Sequence record: SRR22947725_567
Strand: one strand, 5' to 3'
DNA length: 38,849 bases
The position numbers and the translations under genes were made by a program. The notes below the pieces were generated by a model that was not told where the DNA came from, ran no database searches, and saw nothing but the letters and a program-made list of their open reading frames with translations. Shown one piece after another: positions 33,500 through 38,849 of this stretch. Position 1 is the stretch's first letter. Each line of letters starts with the position of its first letter.

Positions 33500-34024
33500 A
33501 TGGAAAAGAGTACGCAGCTTCCAAAAACTATAAAATTATTTAACTTTGCTAAAAAAGAAGTTTATTTGCACGGTGAATATAAAATTGCAAACGTGCCTAG
33601 AGTTTCAGATCTAGCAAGGAATACTGAAGACAATTTAAAAGTGAATTTATCTTTTCATTTAGAAAATGGAAAAACCCCTTGTGTTAAGGGGATAATTAAT
33701 TCTAAGATAGTTTTAGATTGTCAGCGCTGCTTAGATGCTCTAGAGGTAGATTTAAAGGTGTTTTTTAATCTTGCCTTTGTAAGATATGAAAGCCAAGCAG
33801 AAGGACTAGATAAAGTTTACGAGGTATATGTTTTAGGAGAGGATGGAGAGATAGATACATTGGATTTAATATCTGATGAGCTTCTTTTGTCACTTCCAAT
33901 GGCGCCATCTCATGAATTTGATTGCAGTTTAAAAGTTGAATCAGAAATAAAAGTTGAAAAGGTTCATGAAAATCCTTTCGATGTTCTAAAAAATATTAAA
34001 ATAGCCGATTTTGGCAAGGAGTAA
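33500..34024 (+). CDS. yceD: YceD/DUF177 23S rRNA accumulation protein
   Basis: CQRCL, DELLLSLPMAPSH, ENPFDVL; directly upstream of rpmF. Confidence 0.92.
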   Translation: MEKSTQLPKTIKLFNFAKKEVYLHGEYKIANVPRVSDLARNTEDNLKVNLSFHLENGKTPCVKGIINSKIVLDCQRCLDALEVDLKVFFNLAFVRYESQAEGLDKVYEVYVLGEDGEIDTLDLISDELLLSLPMAPSHEFDCSLKVESEIKVEKVHENPFDVLKNIKIADFGKE

Positions 34025-34027
34025 AAA

Positions 34028-34228
34028 ATGGCAGTTCAAAAAAGCAGAAAGACACCTTCTAAAAGAGGGATGCGTCGCTCTCACAATGCGTTAAAAAATC
34101 CTGCATTGTCTGAAGATCCAGAAACAGGCGAAACTCACCTTAGACATCATATTACCGCTGATGGATATTATCGCGGGAAGCAGGTAATTAAATCTGCAGC
34201 TGATGATATCGAAGAAGTAGAAGCCTAA
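34028..34228 (+). CDS. rpmF: 50S ribosomal protein L32 (Cys-free form, acidic tail)
   Basis: [40 protein letters not shown]. Confidence 0.98.
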   Translation: MAVQKSRKTPSKRGMRRSHNALKNPALSEDPETGETHLRHHITADGYYRGKQVIKSAADDIEEVEA

Positions 34229-34235
34229 ACAATCC

Positions 34236-35258
34236 ATGTCTATAAGGGTATCAATAGATGCCTCAGGTGGTGATTTTGGATTTTCAGTTACTATCAATGC
34301 TGGTATTAGTGCTTTAAAGACCTATGATGATCTTTTGATCAATTTTGTAGGTGATGAGGCTGGGATTAAGAATGAGCTGAATAAAAATTCTTCTTATTCA
34401 AATTTTGCTGATCGTATTGATGTCACTCATGCCTCAGAGGTTATCAATATGAGTGATTCTCCCTCTGTGGCCTTAAGACACAAAAAAGACTCTTCAATGA
34501 GGGTTGCTATTAATTTAGTTAAAAATGGTGAAGCAGATGCTTGTGTAAGTGCTGGTAATACAGGAGCACTCATGTCCATTGCACGGTTTGTACTTAAAAC
34601 TATTAAGGGTGTAGATAGGCCTGCTATTATGTCAGCCGTTCCAACTCTAACTGGACCAACCCATGTTCTAGACTTAGGTGCTAATATTGATTCAAGACCT
34701 AGCACCCTTCTTCAATTTGCAATCATGGGCTCCATAGCAGTTCAAAATACTGAAAATATAGAAAACCCTTCAGTAGGACTTTTAAATGTCGGCTCTGAGG
34801 AATTAAAAGGAAACGAAAAAAGTCAAGAGACATCTGAACTCTTAAAAAATTCATCTCTTAACTATATTGGATTTGTTGAGGGCGATGATATTTATAAAGG
34901 AAATATAGATGTCATAGTCTGTGATGGTTTTGAGGGAAATATTGCTCTTAAAGCAAGTGAAGGAGTTGCAAAAATGTTCTCTTATTTCATCAAGAAGTCA
35001 TTTAATAAAAACCTTTTTACCAAGCTTATAGCTCTAATAGCGCAGCCAGTTATGAGAGACTTTAAATCCAAAGTTGATCCTGGAAAATACAATGGTGCAA
35101 GTCTACTTGGATTAAAAGGTGTTGTTGTTAAGAGTCATGGTAATGCAGACGTTGATTCATTTTTCCAAGCAATAAAAGAGGCCTATTTAGAGGCTCATGC
35201 TAAAATAACAGATAAAATCTCAGCACAATTAACGCGAGAATTAGAAGAGCATAAATAA
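34236..35258 (+). CDS. plsX: Phosphate acyltransferase PlsX
   Basis: DASGGD, KKDSSM, SAGNTGA, LDLGAN, DGFEGN, KSHG. Confidence 0.97.
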   Translation: MSIRVSIDASGGDFGFSVTINAGISALKTYDDLLINFVGDEAGIKNELNKNSSYSNFADRIDVTHASEVINMSDSPSVALRHKKDSSMRVAINLVKNGEADACVSAGNTGALMSIARFVLKTIKGVDRPAIMSAVPTLTGPTHVLDLGANIDSRPSTLLQFAIMGSIAVQNTENIENPSVGLLNVGSEELKGNEKSQETSELLKNSSLNYIGFVEGDDIYKGNIDVIVCDGFEGNIALKASEGVAKMFSYFIKKSFNKNLFTKLIALIAQPVMRDFKSKVDPGKYNGASLLGLKGVVVKSHGNADVDSFFQAIKEAYLEAHAKITDKISAQLTRELEEHK

Positions 35259-35268
35259 TTAATGAATC

Positions 35269-36213
35269 ATGAAAAAATTTGCAAGAATTATTGGAACTGG
35301 AAGTTATTTACCTTCAAAAGTTGTAACTAATTTTGATCTTGAAAAAACTCTTGATACCTCTGATGAATGGATTACTGCAAGAACAGGCATTAAGGAAAGA
35401 AGAATTGTAACTGATCAAAATACTTGCGATCTTGCGCTTGAAGCAAGCCTTAAAGCTCTATCAATGGCAGAACTTCAACCAGAAGATATTGATCTTATTA
35501 TTCTTTCGACAACAACGCCAGACAAAATTTTTCCTGCAACATCAACAATACTTCAAAATCGACTTGGAGCCACATGCCCTGCCTTTGATCTACAAGCTGT
35601 ATGTGCAGGTTTTGTTTTCGCTTTAACAACTGCACAGCAGTATATTGAAAATGGAAGTGCTAAAAATATTTTAGTAGTGGGTAGTGAAACGATGTCAAAA
35701 ATTGTTGATTGGTCTGATCGATCAACTGCTATTTTGTTTGCTGATGGGGCTGGAGCAGTAGTTTTAAGCGCAGATAATACAATAGGCATTAAACATTCAA
35801 AGCTTTTTAGTGATGGTAGCTACCTTTCTTCTCTTCACGTAAATAATAATGGTATTGATGAGCTTGGAACAATCCAGATGGAAGGCAATGAAGTTTTTAA
35901 AATTGCTGTTAATAGACTTTCAGACCTTGCAGAAGAGACTCTCAAAGACTGTAATATGAGCTCTGAAGATTTGACTTGGATGGTTCCACATCAGGCTAAT
36001 ATTCGAATCATCAAGGCTGTTGCAAAAAGAATCAAACTACCAATGGAAAAGGTGATCCAAACCCTTGATAAACATGGCAATACCTCAGCAGCGTCTATAC
36101 CTCTTGCACTTGACGTTGGGGTTCGTGATGGAAGAATAAAAAAAGGAGATACACTGCTATTTGAAGGAATTGGTGGTGGCTTTAGCTGGGGAAGTGTACT
36201 CTTAGAGTATTAA
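35269..36213 (+). CDS. fabH: 3-oxoacyl-ACP synthase III
   Basis: Catalytic AVCAGF, PHQAN, GNTSAAS; EWITARTGI. Confidence 0.97.
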   Translation: MKKFARIIGTGSYLPSKVVTNFDLEKTLDTSDEWITARTGIKERRIVTDQNTCDLALEASLKALSMAELQPEDIDLIILSTTTPDKIFPATSTILQNRLGATCPAFDLQAVCAGFVFALTTAQQYIENGSAKNILVVGSETMSKIVDWSDRSTAILFADGAGAVVLSADNTIGIKHSKLFSDGSYLSSLHVNNNGIDELGTIQMEGNEVFKIAVNRLSDLAEETLKDCNMSSEDLTWMVPHQANIRIIKAVAKRIKLPMEKVIQTLDKHGNTSAASIPLALDVGVRDGRIKKGDTLLFEGIGGGFSWGSVLLEY

Positions 36214-37085
36214 TATGACCTATTCATAAGTCTTGTTGTAAGTAAGCTTAATGGCCCACTATCAACGCTCAAATGAGATAATTCTTCTTGAGCATTTTGG
36301 TATAGGTTTTCAAAAGTCTTGATGGACTCATTCAGGCCAATAATTGAAGGGTAGGAAGGTTTGTTTTTCACTGCATCTGAGTTTTGACGCTTACCCAATA
36401 CTTCGTCAGAAGTAGTTACATCTAAAACATCATCTTGAATTTGATAGGCAAGGCCCAAATGACTTGCAAATGACTCTAATATTGATAAATCATTTTCACT
36501 AGCATTATGTAATAATGCACCAAATTTAATAGAACAATTTAGTAATGCACCAGTTTTCTTTTGATGCATTTTATTAAGAATATTTAGATCAACTTTTTTG
36601 GAAACAACAGATAAATCAATTGATTGTCCCTCTGCCATAGCATAGGATGATTTAGCCATTAACTCTAAAAGCTTTATTTTTGTATCAGCATTAATAAGAG
36701 GGTCATTTGAAATTAGACCAAATGCCAAAGCCTGAAGACCATCGCCAGCAAGAATAGCTTGAGCCTCCCCAAAAACCTTGTGATTTGCAGGCTGATTATG
36801 CCTTATGTCATCGTCATCCATTGCAGGCAAGTCATCATGGATTAGAGAGTAAATATGAATTAATTCTATTGCACTAGCGCTTGAGTCAGCTTTTTCTATT
36901 TCTGAGTCATATAAGCTAGCTACTGTATAAGTTAAGATTGGCCTAAATCTCTTTCCACCAGCTAAAACGCTATATTTCATAATATTCTTAAGCTCAAAAC
37001 TAGAATTAGAGCCAGAAGGAATAGAACTTAAATAAATATTTAAATAGGAGTTAACTCTCTCCCTATATTGATCATGAATCTTCAA
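36210..37085 (-). CDS. ispA: Farnesyl diphosphate synthase
   Basis: GGKRFRP, HDDLPAMDDDD, KKTGAL, YQIQDDVLD. Start estimated at TTG 37085. Confidence 0.93.
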   Translation of the reverse strand: MKIHDQYRERVNSYLNIYLSSIPSGSNSSFELKNIMKYSVLAGGKRFRPILTYTVASLYDSEIEKADSSASAIELIHIYSLIHDDLPAMDDDDIRHNQPANHKVFGEAQAILAGDGLQALAFGLISNDPLINADTKIKLLELMAKSSYAMAEGQSIDLSVVSKKVDLNILNKMHQKKTGALLNCSIKFGALLHNASENDLSILESFASHLGLAYQIQDDVLDVTTSDEVLGKRQNSDAVKNKPSYPSIIGLNESIKTFENLYQNAQEELSHLSVDSGPLSLLTTRLMNRSY

Positions 37086-37311
37086 AAGATTTTTCTTCGT
37101 TATAGTTATCAGTTTCACTTAAAATTTTGATGCGCTGTTCGGCATCTGAAAGCGCAGTATGGCATTGCCTATGAATCTTAACGCCTTCTTCAAAATATTT
37201 CAAGGATTCTTCTAAGCTTAAATCACCCGACTCCATTTTGTTAATAATGTCTTCAAGCTTTAACAAACCTTTATTAAAATTAAATTTTTCAGACACCTTA
37301 GGACCTCTCAT
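37072..37311 (-). CDS. xseB: Exodeoxyribonuclease VII small subunit
   Basis: LEDII.KMESGDLSLEESL..FEEG, AEQRI; xseB-ispA synteny. Alternative GTG start at 37296. Confidence 0.95.
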   Translation of the reverse strand: MRGPKVSEKFNFNKGLLKLEDIINKMESGDLSLEESLKYFEEGVKIHRQCHTALSDAEQRIKILSETDNYNEEKSFEDS

Positions 37312-38127
37312 TTATGATTGATTTAAAATATAGTCCATCCATTTACTTGGTAATATTTTACCCAATATAGAAAAAAGTTTTGTTGGAAAGGTGACTCGAT
37401 AGTAATTTTTTGGATTGCTGGACTCTAATGCATTGATTGTACTTTTTAAAACAGCCTCAGGAGGAAGAGTGAATTTAGCATTTTTGCCAGACTGAAGTCT
37501 TTTTATCATTAATTTATATTGATTCTTATAATAACTGCTAGAAATATCAACATTCTGCTTAAATGCCAAATAAGCATTCTGCCTAAATTTTGATTCAATT
37601 GGACCTGGCTGAATAGAAGAGAATTTGATATTTGTATCACTTAACTCTAATCTTAATGTACCAACAAGTCCTTCAATAGCAAACTTGGATGCAACATAGG
37701 GCCCTCTAAGAGGCATTGCAACAAACCCCAATACAGAACTTATATAAACGATCCTGCCTTCATTACTATATCTCATTTTTGGTAATACTAGATTTGTTAA
37801 CTCATGCCATCCAAAAACATTCGATTGAAATTGCTTATCAAGTGCTTCTCTAGAAATATCTTCGAGAGCCCCAGCTTGTCCGTATGCTCCATTATTGATT
37901 AAAGCGTAAAGTTCATCAGTCATTTCATAAAGTTTGAAAACTGCTGCATTTATTGACTCTGAGGAGGATAAATCTAGAAGCAATGACTCAAATCCAAGAT
38001 TTTCAAGTTTTTTTACGTCATCAGGTGATCTCGCTGAAGCAAAAACTCGATATCCTTTTTCTTTAAGGCCCTTTGCAATACAAAGACCAATGCCGCTTGA
38101 ACATCCTGTGATTAATACTGATTTCAT
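37312..38127 (-). CDS. Short-chain dehydrogenase/reductase (YbbO-like)
   Basis: TGCSSGIG, NNGAYG, YVASK; ATG 38127 overlaps the pcnB stop (ATGA). Confidence 0.88.
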   Translation of the reverse strand: MKSVLITGCSSGIGLCIAKGLKEKGYRVFASARSPDDVKKLENLGFESLLLDLSSSESINAAVFKLYEMTDELYALINNGAYGQAGALEDISREALDKQFQSNVFGWHELTNLVLPKMRYSNEGRIVYISSVLGFVAMPLRGPYVASKFAIEGLVGTLRLELSDTNIKFSSIQPGPIESKFRQNAYLAFKQNVDISSSYYKNQYKLMIKRLQSGKNAKFTLPPEAVLKSTINALESSNPKNYYRVTFPTKLFSILGKILPSKWMDYILNQS

Positions 38128-38849
38128 TTTTGAATATTGGTCCAATACTCCGCCTTTACTTTTAAACCCTTATCTAGGCTTTTAGAGCGCAACACAAGAA
38201 AATCATAAGCCATTCGAAAACGAGGGCTTCTAATAAGAGTTTTAGATTTTTTTGGGTTATAGTTCTCTAACTGGTATTGCATCAGCCAAACATCCTTTAC
38301 CCGAGATGAAAGCCATCTTGGCATCATCACTTGTTGTGTTTGCTGATTTATTACATATTCAGAAGCTTCGAGCATTAACTCAATTCGAGATTTATTTTTT
38401 TTACTTATTTGACTCAATCTTTTATTGAATGGAGACCATAGAAAAACTGCAAATAGAAATGCTGGAGTAACACTATTACCATTTTTAATTCTTTCTGAGG
38501 TATTGATTAACGAGGCAGTAACAAATGAATTTTCTTTGGTTTGAGAAAAAAGATGTTTTAAAAGACCTAACTTGAAAAGCTCACGAAATACAACAATAGA
38601 ATTTTCATTATGAAAAAGCTTTATAACTTCCTCATATAGCCTTGCTGGAGGGATTTTTGCAAGCAGCTGAGAGTTTTTTTGAATTGCTTCAATAAGCTTA
38701 GGTTCAATTTTTGCATTTAATTTTGCCTGAAAACGAACGGCACGAATCATTCTAACTGGATCTTCCTCAAAACGTTCAGAAGGGTCACCAATCATGTTAA
38801 TTTTCAAAATCTCTAAATCTTTAAGACCTCCAACATAATCGATAACCTC
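38124..38849 (-). CDS. pcnB: Poly(A) polymerase I, 3' part (5' end outside window)
   Basis: Frame open to the window edge (IDYVGGLKDL), EDPVRMIRAVRF, PARLYEE..KLF, PRFRMAYDFL.LR. Confidence 0.93.
   Translation of the reverse strand, partial: EVIDYVGGLKDLEILKINMIGDPSERFEEDPVRMIRAVRFQAKLNAKIEPKLIEAIQKNSQLLAKIPPARLYEEVIKLFHNENSIVVFRELFKLGLLKHLFSQTKENSFVTASLINTSERIKNGNSVTPAFLFAVFLWSPFNKRLSQISKKNKSRIELMLEASEYVINQQTQQVMMPRWLSSRVKDVWLMQYQLENYNPKKSKTLIRSPRFRMAYDFLVLRSKSLDKGLKVKAEYWTNIQK

Overview
AT-rich, very compact core-genome window from a marine gammaproteobacterium. Gene content and protein style suggest the SUP05/Arctic96BD-19 clade (Ca. Thioglobus/Pseudothioglobus); this is an inference, not a database result. 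It holds about 40 mostly housekeeping genes: taurine-type ABC tauA/tauB', ribE-ribBX-ribH-nusB, ABC-F, ftsW-murG, bioB, glnA, xerC-tsaC-hemF, htpG, trmJ/suhB, rmuC-yciK, plsC, rnt, an ArgA-like GNAT, ilvD, hflK-hflC-hisZ-purA-rnr, lptD-surA-rlmB, yceD-rpmF-plsX-fabH and pcnB'-SDR-xseB-ispA. I found no tRNA/rRNA, CRISPR array, transposase or prophage. The best leads are non-coding: a structured glnA leader containing a uORF, alternative hairpins and a terminator-like stem; a 90-bp nested palindrome between the ABC-F gene and ftsW; and a weak SD-occluding hairpin before htpG. One unassigned 163-aa ORF and several domain-reduced proteins are also worth checking.
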